Below are positions 29,436 through 39,527 of a DNA stretch of 64,000 nt, piece after piece; the first letter of the stretch is position 1; each line of letters opens with the position of its first letter. The position numbers and the translations under genes are program-made. The DNA lies in contig JAKUTX010000003.1 in NCBI GenBank assembly GCA_022447855.1, positions 39,707 to 103,706 on the forward strand, read 5' to 3'. Below the pieces are notes generated by a model that searched no databases, was not told where the DNA came from, and worked only from the letters and a program-made list of their open reading frames with translations. Source of the stretch: SAR202 cluster bacterium (lineage in GTDB: Bacteria > Chloroflexota > Dehalococcoidia > Lucifugimonadales > UBA6927).

Positions 29436-30239
29436 TCCATTAGAATTTAACATCTGGCGAACTTCTGCATCCAAGCATAAACCATTTTTAGAAACAGGAT
29501 TACCGAGTCGATCAATTAAGTTCCCATCGTAAACATTAATTTCTCTCGTCGCCATTGCCATCAAAGTTTTAAGAAGAAGAGGTCTTTCATACATTATTCC
29601 GTCTTCTCGAATTTTGCGAAAAAGTTTCGATTCTTCAAAATTTTTCTTCTCTTGATTGTTCAAAACTAACTGTAAATCTTTCCAAAGCGGATCATATGAC
29701 TTTCCTTTAATTGGATAGCTACACCAAGAGAGAATTGGACCTTCATCCAAGGTATCTGTAACTGAATGTACCATGACGCCAGATTCATCAGCATTGCTAT
29801 TAATCAATTCATTAATTACCTGAATCCAAGTTCCCGATGGACCATTTGGCAAAGCAGGATGAAGGTTAATCATTGGCATCTCCCTAATCATCTCTTTCCC
29901 CGTTATAAGCAAATATCCTGCCAATACTGAAATTTGCGGATTAAAAATACTTAATTTTTCAACAACTTCACTATGATAATCCTCACGAAACTTTGACCAA
30001 TACCCTCCTCCTCTTTCAATTCTATACTTAGAACTGGAAAACGTAACTAATGGAATTTGTTTCCCTTCAACAAATTTAAATAGATTATCACTACCTTCGC
30101 CTTCTCCAAATTCCCTGTTACTAAAAACAAATTCAATCGAAGCTTCGAGGTCACCATTTTCTATCGAAGAAATTACAGTTTTTAGAAATCCTAAAGAACC
30201 TTCACCTCTTCCTGTTGTAATCCATCCTAACCTCAACAT
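29427..30239 (-). CDS. Formyltransferase-family protein (PurN-like core with C-terminal extension)
   Basis: It has INLHPALP (N/H of the formyltransferase triad) and LDEGPIL (Asp). About 80 aa lie beyond the PurN-like core. The specific substrate is unknown. Confidence 0.55.
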   Translation of the reverse strand: MLRLGWITTGRGEGSLGFLKTVISSIENGDLEASIEFVFSNREFGEGEGSDNLFKFVEGKQIPLVTFSSSKYRIERGGGYWSKFREDYHSEVVEKLSIFNPQISVLAGYLLITGKEMIREMPMINLHPALPNGPSGTWIQVINELINSNADESGVMVHSVTDTLDEGPILSWCSYPIKGKSYDPLWKDLQLVLNNQEKKNFEESKLFRKIREDGIMYERPLLLKTLMAMATREINVYDGNLIDRLGNPVSKNGLCLDAEVRQMLNSNGLS

Positions 30240-30253
30240 ACTTCACCTCGATT

Positions 30254-31162
30254 TCAATTCTCAATATGAGAGTAGTGTTTCAATACTTCCATCAAAATCT
30301 GTCTGTCTCGCAATTCTAATGCGATATCCATTGCAAAGTGTAACTCATTTTCAGCTTCAGAAAGTCTTCCTTGATCGATCATTGTTTCTGCGCGGGAAAT
30401 ATACAAATATGGATTTGGAGCAAATTTATTACCCGCAAATAATGTTAAACAAAATAAAGCAGCCCATATTCCAACTATGACATAAGTCTTAATGAACCAT
30501 AAATTTTTAGTTCCTAAAAATTGGAAAACTGTAGGCAAAGCCCTTTTTGACTGAGAAGCAAAAGCAAAACCTAAAATCATCCCAGAAACTAACCCGCCAA
30601 TATGGGCCCAATTATCCACTCCATCTATTGTTGCACCGAACCACAAATTTATAATGCTTAAAATAATAACTCCATATAATGTATTTAAACCATCCCTTCC
30701 AAAAAGCCTCCTATTAATTACAAAAAAACTAATCATGGCACCCATCATTCCAAAAATAGCACCACTAGCTCCAATAGAAATTCCTACATCATTAAAAAGA
30801 TAGCTCGTCGAACTAGCAGATATTCCAGTCAAAACATATAACCCAAAAAATTTAACCCTTCCAAATAACCTTTCATTGATTCGTCCAAAAATTACTAAAC
30901 CAATCAAGTTAAATAGAAGATGAATAAATCCCGCATGCAAAAACATTGCAGTAAGCAATCTCCAATATTCACCAGATACGATTAGTGGAGAATACATTGC
31001 TCCAAAATCAAGCAACAATTCACGCTTTTGAGAAGCGTTTAAAATAATTAATAAAACTCCTAAGAGAAAATTAATTGCAAAAAATCCCCAAGTAAAGGGC
31101 GTTTGATATAAAACATTGCCTTTACCTTGAAATGAAATAAGATTTGGAAATTGTGTCTGCAA
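30254..31162 (-). CDS. Rhomboid-family intramembrane serine protease
   Basis: It has HAGFIHLLFN, catalytic Ser in GASGAIFG and His in AHIGGLVSG. A C-terminal extra TM is followed by a short helical (TPR-like) tail. Confidence 0.85.
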   Translation of the reverse strand: MQTQFPNLISFQGKGNVLYQTPFTWGFFAINFLLGVLLIILNASQKRELLLDFGAMYSPLIVSGEYWRLLTAMFLHAGFIHLLFNLIGLVIFGRINERLFGRVKFFGLYVLTGISASSTSYLFNDVGISIGASGAIFGMMGAMISFFVINRRLFGRDGLNTLYGVIILSIINLWFGATIDGVDNWAHIGGLVSGMILGFAFASQSKRALPTVFQFLGTKNLWFIKTYVIVGIWAALFCLTLFAGNKFAPNPYLYISRAETMIDQGRLSEAENELHFAMDIALELRDRQILMEVLKHYSHIEN

Positions 31163-31192
31163 GACTATAAGGCCTTTAGGTAAATCTTTAAT

Positions 31193-32590
31193 TTAAATGG
31201 GCGGGCGAATCCAACCACCAAAATTCTGCTCTAGAAAGGTAGCTACGGCTAAAGCAACATCCTCGCGCCATGGTTTGCTTATTACTTGGACCCCAATAGG
31301 TAACCCTTCTGAAGAAACTCCAACTGGAACAGCAACCAAAGGCCATCCAGCGATATTGTACGGCTGATTGTAGCTAAACAAACCAGTTACGTATGGTTGT
31401 TCTAAAGAAAGTTCATGTTCCATAGCTGGGAAAGGTGCTATGGGTGAAATTATCACATCATATGGACCAAAAAACTTAGTCATCTCACTTCTATATCTAT
31501 CAATTTTCTCTAGTAAATTAGTGAATTCAGAAACACTAATTGGATTCGCTTGATCAAATCTTCTTTGAAGCCATTGATCCATTTGACTAGTGCCAGATTT
31601 TTCCAGGATTCTAGCAGTCCCAGCCCTTCCATCTGCCCCAGCCAAATCATTGGCAATGGTTGGGAATTCCTGAATTACATGAGGACAGTCTTCATCTACT
31701 GATTTAACGACATCTTCCAAAGCTTGAATAACTTTTTTAACAGCCATTTTGATTTCATTTGTAGGTGTGAAAACTCCATTATCAATATAATAAACTACCT
31801 TCAAACTGCTGATATCAACATTTTTTGAATCCCTTATTGGCATGGGAACAATATACGGATCTATTCCATCAGGACCTGAGATTAATTTATATATCATTTC
31901 TAAATCTACAACATGCCTAGCCATAGGACCGTTTTGTGTAAAAGCTTCGCTTGCACCCACATCAAAAGAAATTAAATGCCCTGTCCTTGGGACTCTTCCA
32001 GAAGTTGGCTTCAATCCAAAAATTCCACAATAATGTGATGGGAATCGAATGCTACCACCAGTATCGCTTCCAATATCAAATGCGGCACCACCAGATGAAA
32101 CGATAGCACCTGCTCCTCCGCTGCTTCCACCAGGAGTTCGTGTGACATCAAAAGGATTATTGGTACGACCAAAAATCAAATTATTAGTTTCAGGAGATAA
32201 AGTTAATTCAGGAGTATTAGTTTTCCCAAGCAAAACAGCCCCAGCATTTTTTAATCTTTTTACTAAACTTGCATCTTCTTGAGGTATAAAATTAGACCTT
32301 CCCCTAGTCCCCCCTGTTGTACAAACACCTTTCGTATCCAATGAGTCTTTTAATGTCATTGGCACTCCATACAATGGTGCAAAGTCCCGGAATTCCTTAG
32401 ATAACTGATCATCATAAAGTTTTGCTTGATTTTTTGCTGTATCAAATGTTTTACAAACTACAGCGTTTAAAGCCAAATTAACATCCTCGATTCTGGAAAT
32501 GTGTGATTCCACAACCTCAACACATGAAATCTCTTTTTTACGAATTAATCTAGTAATCTCACAAGCAGATGCAAATATGACTTCATTCAT
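31193..32590 (-). CDS. Amidase (amidase-signature family)
   Basis: It has the GGSSGG signature within a Gly/Ser-rich AS block and the upstream catalytic Lys context (MTLKD). Confidence 0.85.
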   Translation of the reverse strand: MNEVIFASACEITRLIRKKEISCVEVVESHISRIEDVNLALNAVVCKTFDTAKNQAKLYDDQLSKEFRDFAPLYGVPMTLKDSLDTKGVCTTGGTRGRSNFIPQEDASLVKRLKNAGAVLLGKTNTPELTLSPETNNLIFGRTNNPFDVTRTPGGSSGGAGAIVSSGGAAFDIGSDTGGSIRFPSHYCGIFGLKPTSGRVPRTGHLISFDVGASEAFTQNGPMARHVVDLEMIYKLISGPDGIDPYIVPMPIRDSKNVDISSLKVVYYIDNGVFTPTNEIKMAVKKVIQALEDVVKSVDEDCPHVIQEFPTIANDLAGADGRAGTARILEKSGTSQMDQWLQRRFDQANPISVSEFTNLLEKIDRYRSEMTKFFGPYDVIISPIAPFPAMEHELSLEQPYVTGLFSYNQPYNIAGWPLVAVPVGVSSEGLPIGVQVISKPWREDVALAVATFLEQNFGGWIRPPI

Positions 32591-32602
32591 AATAACTCCA
32601 GC

Positions 32603-33916
32603 CTAAATCTGATCACATAACATTAAATCTTGATATGTTTCACGTCTTCGAATTAATCGAATTTTCCCATTATCAACCATTACTATAGGAGGCCTAGGAT
32701 TAAGGTTGTAATTACTTGCCATTGAGGGTGCATATGCCCCGGAGGATGGCAAAGCAACAATATCCCCAGAAATTAATTCAGGCAACAAAATATCTTTAAT
32801 AAGAACATCTCCAGATTCGCAAAATTTGCCAGCAAGGGTCACAACCTCTTGTGGAGGCTCAGACATTCGATTGGCAAGGACGGCTTCATATTTGGCATCA
32901 TAAAGTGCAGGACGAATATTATCTCCCATTCCTCCATCTAATGAAACATATTTTCTTACCGTAGGAATATTTTTAATTGCGCCTACAGTGTATAAAGCCA
33001 CACCCGCCCTACCTGTAATCGATCTTCCTGGCTCCACAACAATTTTTGGCAAATTAAAACCATTCCTTCTACACCCATCAATGACAGATTTCACAATCAC
33101 ATCGGCATATTCTGCAATCGACGGGGGTAATTGTTCCTTAACATAACCTATCGCAAAACCACCTCCTGGACTAAATTCTCTTAAATCTAAACCATCTTTT
33201 TGAAATTGCTGCAAAAAATCCAGGACGACTCCTATTCCCTGAGAATAAGGTTCTAATTCAAAAATTGGTGAACCTAAATGGAAATGTATGCCTTTAAGAT
33301 CTAAATCCTTAGATTTCAGTGCTGTTTGAATAGCATGCGAAGCATCACCTGTCTCAATTGAAAACCCAAACTTGCTATCTGTAATCCCAGTCGTAGTTAA
33401 ATGGTGAGTATGTGGATCTACCCCGGGAGAAACCCTTAGCAATATGTCTTGCTTAATCCCCCTATTATTAGAAATTTCTTCGAGGATTTGTAACTCACTA
33501 AAACTATCAACGACGAAATGCCCAATTCCATAATCTAGCGCAAATTCAATTTCATCAGGTGTTTTATTATTACCATGAAAGTAAATTTTTTCTGGAGGAA
33601 AATCAACAGCTCTAGCAACGGCTATTTCTCCAGCTGAAACAACATCTAGCCCCATATGCTCATCATTTATTAAAGAGGCAATTGCTGGATTAATGAATGC
33701 TTTGGAAGCATAAGCAACCAAAGTATTTTTGTATCGACTCGAGAATTCTTCTACAAACTCTCTACACATTGTTCTGATGGTTCCTTCGTCATACACATAT
33801 AAAGGTGTCCCAAACTCTTTGGTAAGTTGCAAAACATCTAATCCGCCTAACGTTAGACAATCATCTGAATTGATGCCAACGTCCATAGGAAATAATTCTT
33901 TATTGTTAAAATTCAT
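32603..33916 (-). CDS. lysA: Diaminopimelate decarboxylase
   Basis: It has the PLP-Lys context YASKAF, HFHLGS, PGGGF and CESGD blocks of group IV decarboxylases. Confidence 0.9.
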   Translation of the reverse strand: MNFNNKELFPMDVGINSDDCLTLGGLDVLQLTKEFGTPLYVYDEGTIRTMCREFVEEFSSRYKNTLVAYASKAFINPAIASLINDEHMGLDVVSAGEIAVARAVDFPPEKIYFHGNNKTPDEIEFALDYGIGHFVVDSFSELQILEEISNNRGIKQDILLRVSPGVDPHTHHLTTTGITDSKFGFSIETGDASHAIQTALKSKDLDLKGIHFHLGSPIFELEPYSQGIGVVLDFLQQFQKDGLDLREFSPGGGFAIGYVKEQLPPSIAEYADVIVKSVIDGCRRNGFNLPKIVVEPGRSITGRAGVALYTVGAIKNIPTVRKYVSLDGGMGDNIRPALYDAKYEAVLANRMSEPPQEVVTLAGKFCESGDVLIKDILLPELISGDIVALPSSGAYAPSMASNYNLNPRPPIVMVDNGKIRLIRRRETYQDLMLCDQI

Positions 33917-33984
33917 TTTTTTACCTCAAATAGGATATATAAATTTGTAAGAATACTATTATATTAGTAATTCAACTTTCAAAA

Positions 33985-34824
33985 TCATGCGATTAATCCA
34001 TATGTACCATCATTTTTAACCTGTACCCTTCCTTCAGACACCAACTTATTTAAATGAGAAAGTATTTGGTCTCGAGCTGTTTGATGGAGTCTGGAATCCA
34101 ATTTTGGATACAATTTTATAAATAATCCATCAATATCAATAATCCCCTCATCTAAAGCTTTCACAATGGTTGATTCTCTATATATGCGATGTTTGATATA
34201 GGCATCAATTCTTTTTGAAGCATCTGTAATCAATTCCCCATGCCCTGGCGCCAAATTTTTGGGATTTTTGGATTTAATTTTCCTTAAAGAATCAATGTAA
34301 TCGGACATGTCTCCATGATATGGACTAATTACAGTCGTGCTACCACCCAATATTGTATCCCCTGTGAAAATTAAACTTTCTTGATCCAAAAAAACACATA
34401 AACTTCCAAACGTATGTCCTGGCGTTAATAATATCTCTAAAGTAACTCCACCCAAATGCAATTTGGTTCCATCAGTAACTTGATTTATAAAAACATCCCC
34501 TATTTCTTCAACTATTGATGCATGTTCCTCAGGTGCGCACAATATTTTCGCTCCAGAAATATCTCGGATTGATCGAATTCCTCCAATATGGTCTCTATGG
34601 CGATGTGTCAAAATTACGTCGGATAATGGCAAGCTACCTGCTGAGTTCCAAGCTTCAACAAAAGCATCAATTTCATCAACATTACCATATGCTGTATCTA
34701 TCAATGCACATCGATCAAATCCAGCCACCAACCACATATTGGGAGGAGAAACACCAGGAAAATCAGGTTCGCCAACTGTAATCTGGGTTACAATATTAGA
34801 AATTTTCTTAATACTTTTTTTCAT
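33985..34824 (-). CDS. MBL-fold metallo-hydrolase
   Basis: It has THRHRDHIGG (H-x-H-x-D-H) plus a downstream TPGHT and a C-terminal winged-helix-like tail. Confidence 0.85.
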   Translation of the reverse strand: MKKSIKKISNIVTQITVGEPDFPGVSPPNMWLVAGFDRCALIDTAYGNVDEIDAFVEAWNSAGSLPLSDVILTHRHRDHIGGIRSIRDISGAKILCAPEEHASIVEEIGDVFINQVTDGTKLHLGGVTLEILLTPGHTFGSLCVFLDQESLIFTGDTILGGSTTVISPYHGDMSDYIDSLRKIKSKNPKNLAPGHGELITDASKRIDAYIKHRIYRESTIVKALDEGIIDIDGLFIKLYPKLDSRLHQTARDQILSHLNKLVSEGRVQVKNDGTYGLIA

Positions 34825-34854
34825 AATTCTCCTAAGGTAATTCTTTCAATACAA

Positions 34855-35730
34855 TTACAAATCATATACCTTCGCCAATGCAATCCCTTGTTCTCCAGCA
34901 ATAACATAAAACAAATAAATTTGTCCCTCTTCTTTAAAAATTGCAGGATCCCTCAATTGCATCACCCTTTCATTTATTGGACCACGACTAGAAGCTTTTA
35001 GTTCTCGATACCCACCTTCATAAGTCCTTTCTGGTCTCAATACAACTTGAGACTCTGAAGCGTGCCAATCCATCCAATCTGGCGAAACATCCACCTTGCT
35101 AAGCAAAATATTTTCGGGTTCATCACCAGCAAATGTATGGAATATATTCAATGTATCCCCATCCTTAAATAGAGCAACATGGCGTTGGTCAGGACCGAAT
35201 AATGTTGGTCCTTCAACAAACCCAGAAACAGGATTTACTGAACGATAAAAAATCCCTGGCATACCTACTGCGTAATAAAAATCGTCCCAAAACAATACAC
35301 GAAAATATGGTGCACCCAATATTTCAGGCCTCGCTGAAAAATTAATCCCATCTGGTGAAGTAGCAACTCGTGTACGTTGTTCTCGAGGTTGATCAATTGG
35401 AGAATGGTAATACATCCGAATAATTTTATTATCATCATCAATATGAACATCTGGCGATGCGATATGACGAATTGCGTAAGCATCCTCCATTTTCAAAACC
35501 CCAGGTTCATACATGAACCATGGGCCTTCTATTGAATTCGCATATGCTAATCTTATATACGTACCTCTATGATGACCAAAATACATATAATATTTTCCAA
35601 GAGGGTTTTTAACCCATTCCGGCACCTTGATCACTGAAGGTCCATTAATGTTTCCTGGAAGTTGATCTATGGTTTCAGGATGAGTAGACACCGATAGAAT
35701 TGGATTTCCTAAAAATCTCTCTATTTTCAT
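34855..35730 (-). CDS. Hypothetical protein, possibly a five-bladed beta-propeller of the GH43/32/68-like clan
   Basis: 291 aa with no TM or signal peptide. Repeated blades have the form D/NG-x-YYMYF...SxDGxxF. I see no catalytic motif I can name, so the functional call is weak. Confidence 0.4.
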   Translation of the reverse strand: MKIERFLGNPILSVSTHPETIDQLPGNINGPSVIKVPEWVKNPLGKYYMYFGHHRGTYIRLAYANSIEGPWFMYEPGVLKMEDAYAIRHIASPDVHIDDDNKIIRMYYHSPIDQPREQRTRVATSPDGINFSARPEILGAPYFRVLFWDDFYYAVGMPGIFYRSVNPVSGFVEGPTLFGPDQRHVALFKDGDTLNIFHTFAGDEPENILLSKVDVSPDWMDWHASESQVVLRPERTYEGGYRELKASSRGPINERVMQLRDPAIFKEEGQIYLFYVIAGEQGIALAKVYDL

Positions 35731-35890
35731 TCATTCCTCCTGTAATTTGCTAACTAATCATACACTCATATGAACCATCGGTTAAAGATCTGAAAAATTC
35801 TTAGTAATATTCAGATTGACAATCATGCGAAACCGATGTTAGACTCCTTCATACACAAACGCGATAGACTGACTACTAAATATTTCAATG

Positions 35891-35910
35891 AAATTACCAA
35901 ATGGTAATTT
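35891..35910. promoter_or_regulatory. Near-perfect 20-bp palindrome (candidate operator or 5'-UTR hairpin) ahead of the DUF362 gene
   Basis: AAATTACCA-AA-TGGTAATTT has 9-bp arms and a 2-bp centre. It ends 20 nt before the ATG at 35931 and immediately 5' of the AGGAG Shine-Dalgarno. Confidence 0.3.
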
Positions 35911-35930
35911 GGGAATAGGAGAAAGCGACG

Positions 35931-37364
35931 ATGGCAAACTCAAAAGTTTATTATATGGATGCTCATTCTGAAACAGTAGAGACAAGTATAGTTGCTAAAA
36001 TGTTAACTGTATTTGATGCTGCAGGCTTGGACGAAATGATCGCTCCGAACGACATTGTGGCGATCAAAATTCATTGCGGCGAATGGAACAATTCCGCCTA
36101 TTTAAGGCCGGTATACGCTCGTGCTCTAGCAGATAAAATAAAAGAACTTGGTGGAAGGCCATTCGTTTGCGACACTACGACTAGCACCTACGGTGTTTAT
36201 GGGTCACGGTCATCCGAACTAGACATAATCCTTACAGCTGAACGTAACGGATTCAACTCAGCTACTCTTGGTTGCCCATTTATATGTGCAGATGGATTCA
36301 TAGGTACAAGTGATTTTAGAGTTGATCTTCCAGAAGGATACTTACTAAAAGAGGCATATGTTGCGCAAGCTATAGCAGCATCGGATGCGGTCATAGCACT
36401 CACTCATTTTAAAGGACATGGAATGGGTGTAATAGGTGGAGCCCTCAAAAACATGGGAATCGGAGCTCAATCTAAAAGAGGAAAACTCAATGTTCACATG
36501 GGAGGACATCCAAATTATGGTCTCGGCGCAGCAGCTGATTTTCATCCTGAAGCCTACAAAGGCAAAGACAATACTCCAGATTGGGAAACCATAGAAGGTT
36601 GTTGCCCATTCAAACTCTGGAACGTGAATGAAAATGATGAAATCGAATGGGAAAGAGAAAAATGTGCAACTTGCCTAGGATGTTTTGGGCCAATGGGTGC
36701 ACGTGGAATTATTGATATTCCTCCCGTAAATTTTGATGCAGTAGACGTTGCTATAGCTGATGCAGCCCTTGCAGTAGAAAAAACTGTTGGGAGAGATAAA
36801 GTAGGATACATTAACATGGCTTTGGATGTATCTCCGAAATGCGATTGTACTCCTTTTGCTGATGCACCAATTGTTCCTCACATCGGTGTCTTTGCCAGTA
36901 AGGACGCTGTTGCAATTGACATGGCCTGTGTAGATGCTGTTAGAGCCAGTCATGGTTCACCTGGGTCTGCAGTTGAAATGATGGAAGCTGATGCCCCGGG
37001 AGACAGAAAATTTGAAGCTGCCGCTGCCACCTTCCATGGACAAAGTGAAGTCGCTAGCATAAACACTGGTCATACAAATGGACTTGGAAGCAGAGAATAT
37101 GAATTAATTACTCCAAAACCTCAAGCTGCTGAACTTCATCGTTTCCCATACGATAGAAGACCTAGCAGAGCCAGATTTGGAGATCGCTTCGATAAATTCA
37201 AACCATTCCCTTATGATAGACATGATGGCAAAGGATTTAACCGCCTAGATGAGGTTGACCTAGAAGCAATGAAACGTCACTATGAGAGTGGAACTAGTAG
37301 TACTAATGGACATTCACAAAAAGTTGATTCACAAGATTTACAACCAATAGAAGACTTAGACTAA
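35931..37364 (+). CDS. DUF362-domain protein with embedded Cys-rich (ferredoxin-like) segment
   Basis: The N-terminus (VYYMDAHS...IKIHCGEW...PFVCDTT) matches the DUF362 family as I recall it. It has a CATCLGC motif and additional Cys pairs (PKCDC), plus a C-terminal low-complexity tail of about 100 aa. Confidence 0.65.
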   Translation: MANSKVYYMDAHSETVETSIVAKMLTVFDAAGLDEMIAPNDIVAIKIHCGEWNNSAYLRPVYARALADKIKELGGRPFVCDTTTSTYGVYGSRSSELDIILTAERNGFNSATLGCPFICADGFIGTSDFRVDLPEGYLLKEAYVAQAIAASDAVIALTHFKGHGMGVIGGALKNMGIGAQSKRGKLNVHMGGHPNYGLGAAADFHPEAYKGKDNTPDWETIEGCCPFKLWNVNENDEIEWEREKCATCLGCFGPMGARGIIDIPPVNFDAVDVAIADAALAVEKTVGRDKVGYINMALDVSPKCDCTPFADAPIVPHIGVFASKDAVAIDMACVDAVRASHGSPGSAVEMMEADAPGDRKFEAAAATFHGQSEVASINTGHTNGLGSREYELITPKPQAAELHRFPYDRRPSRARFGDRFDKFKPFPYDRHDGKGFNRLDEVDLEAMKRHYESGTSSTNGHSQKVDSQDLQPIEDLD

Positions 37365-37382
37365 AATTATTAAGGAGCCCAA

Positions 37383-37706
37383 ATGCCACCATCTGGTCAA
37401 GAATTGCTCGATTCGTGTATATCGAATTGCCAGGAGATTTCAACAGGATTAGAGCAACAAAATGCTGATTGGCAAAAATCAATTATTGAGATCATAGGCA
37501 AATTTGAAGAAATTAGCAGTACTTTCTTTTTCAAAACAATGCCAAGTGTTCCTACCACCAGGAAAGTCGTTAGGGATACAGAATCTTTGTTAGAACTGAA
37601 AAATTCTAAGAATTGGACCGAATTTGCTACTTCCCTTGAAAATCTAATCGCTAGCTCTCAAGATCTGATTGAAAAAGCAGGAATGAAAGGTGTCACTCTC
37701 ACCTAA
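37383..37706 (+). CDS. Hypothetical helical protein
   Basis: 107 aa with no recognisable motif. Its stop overlaps the start of the next gene (TAATG), which suggests co-translation. Confidence 0.45.
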   Translation: MPPSGQELLDSCISNCQEISTGLEQQNADWQKSIIEIIGKFEEISSTFFFKTMPSVPTTRKVVRDTESLLELKNSKNWTEFATSLENLIASSQDLIEKAGMKGVTLT

Positions 37707-38581
37707 TGAATAATCCTGTTTTAATCACAGGTGGAGCAGGTAGTGTCGGGAAACGATTAGTTGACCGATTTCTAAAGGCAGGACAATCAGTCCGTATCTT
37801 TGACTTACCAATTATGGATTTCACAGATTTGGAAAACTTAGATGGCGTTGAAATATTGCAAGGAGACATCACAAATCCGTCGGATGTTAACGCTGCTGTA
37901 ACCAATATCTCTGGCGCAGTTCATTTAGCCGCAATTTTGCCACCTAATAGCGAGAAAAACAGGGACATCACTTTTGCAGTAAACGTTGGTGGAACAAAAA
38001 ATTTAATCGATGCAATTCATCAAAACCAACCAAATGCGAAACTCGTTTTCACCTCATCAATAAGCACATATGGTGACACTTCTTCTGAATCACCTCCAAT
38101 TTTAGTTGATCATCCACAAAACGCGATAGATGTCTATGCTGAAAGCAAAATGGTTTCAGAATCTGACCTGAAGTCATCAAGCATTCCTTGGGTAATATTA
38201 AGAATCGCAAGTATTGCGGTTCCTGCCTTTATGGAACCACCAGAGCCATGGCCTTTCACGTCAGCTCAACGAGTAGAAATGATTCACCGAGATGATGTTG
38301 TCGATGCTTTATTTGCTTCGGTCTTAGAAGAACAATCTAGCAACAAAATTTTTAATATTGCAGGCGGAAAATCATGGCAAAAGCATGGTTCTGATTATGT
38401 AAATGACTTCTTTGATTTTATGGGAGCTCCAGTTGAATCCGCCATTTTCAGAGATACTCCAGGATGGAATGATTGGTATAACACTAAAGAATCCCAAGAA
38501 ATTTTAGGTTATCAAAATCGTAGTTATGCCCATTTTGCTAATGAGATGCGGGAAATTGTTAGAAAAATGATGGAAGAATAA
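37706..38581 (+). CDS. NAD-dependent epimerase/dehydratase family protein
   Basis: It has the Rossmann motif ITGGAGSVG and catalytic YAESK (Y-x-x-x-K). Confidence 0.8.
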   Translation: MNNPVLITGGAGSVGKRLVDRFLKAGQSVRIFDLPIMDFTDLENLDGVEILQGDITNPSDVNAAVTNISGAVHLAAILPPNSEKNRDITFAVNVGGTKNLIDAIHQNQPNAKLVFTSSISTYGDTSSESPPILVDHPQNAIDVYAESKMVSESDLKSSSIPWVILRIASIAVPAFMEPPEPWPFTSAQRVEMIHRDDVVDALFASVLEEQSSNKIFNIAGGKSWQKHGSDYVNDFFDFMGAPVESAIFRDTPGWNDWYNTKESQEILGYQNRSYAHFANEMREIVRKMMEE

Positions 38582-38665
38582 CACCGGAAAATTAAGTTAC
38601 TAATACAATTTCACCATCTAGACAAGAATCTCACTCTAAGATACCCTTTCACGAAGGAATCGGAC

Positions 38666-39526
38666 ATGGTCATAAATACAAAAGAAAATACTAGTCCAAC
38701 TAGTAAGATGAATACCCTGACTTCAATACTTACAGACATGGGGTCAGTAATCGTTGCGTATTCAGGTGGAGTTGATAGTGCATTCCTTGCCGCAACAGCA
38801 AATAACATCCTTGGTAAGAATGCGTTATCCGTGACTGCAAAGTCACCAAGCTTAGCTCCAAGTGAACTTTCAGAGGCTGTAGAGTTAGCTAAAAGATTAG
38901 GTCTAAATCACAAAATAATTGAAACTCAAGAAGTAAATAGAAAAGATTATGCAGCCAATAATCCCAACCGTTGTTATTTTTGCAAAGATGAACTTTACAC
39001 ACATTTAAGCAAATACGCAGAATCAGAAGGATTCAATGCTATTATCAACGGAACAAATTCTGATGATCTTGGAGACTTCCGCCCAGGACTAAAAGCTGCT
39101 GATCAATATGGAGTCCGCAGTCCGCTTGTCGAAGCCAATCTAACAAAATCGGAAATCCGTCAACTTTCAAAAGGATTGGATTTGCCAACATGGGATAAAC
39201 CAGCTCAAGCATGTTTGTCGTCTAGAATACCTTACGGGACAATGGTTACCGTTAAGGCACTTGAGCAAATTGCAGCTGCCGAATCAATTCTTAGAGAAAT
39301 TGGTATCAGGCAAGGCAGAGTAAGACATCACGAAACAATTGCACGAATAGAAGTTGACCCCTCAGATTTTGACAAAATTACTAATGACGAGTCACGTGAT
39401 TTAATAACCAAAAGATTCATGGAGATAGGATACTCTTATATAACCCTGGACTTGAAGGGATTCCGCTCTGGAAGTTTAAACGAAGTTTTGAACAGTAAAA
39501 CATCCAAGACTTCTAAGGGAAATTGA
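38666..39526 (+). CDS. larE: LarE-like PP-loop ATP-dependent sulfur transferase (TIGR00268-type)
   Basis: It has the PP-loop AYSGGVDS, the CYFCK pair and an ACLSSRIP cysteine at the position of the LarE sulfur-donating Cys. Confidence 0.7.
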   Translation: MVINTKENTSPTSKMNTLTSILTDMGSVIVAYSGGVDSAFLAATANNILGKNALSVTAKSPSLAPSELSEAVELAKRLGLNHKIIETQEVNRKDYAANNPNRCYFCKDELYTHLSKYAESEGFNAIINGTNSDDLGDFRPGLKAADQYGVRSPLVEANLTKSEIRQLSKGLDLPTWDKPAQACLSSRIPYGTMVTVKALEQIAAAESILREIGIRQGRVRHHETIARIEVDPSDFDKITNDESRDLITKRFMEIGYSYITLDLKGFRSGSLNEVLNSKTSKTSKGN

Positions 39527-39527
39527 G

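Noticed and set aside
35776-35838. An 8-bp inverted repeat, CATCGGTT...AACCGATG, flanking the TTGACA element upstream of the DUF362 gene.
   Set aside because: The arms are 47 nt apart. By rough count, several 8-mer inverted pairs at that distance are expected by chance in the intergenic DNA of this window. I see no supporting feature.
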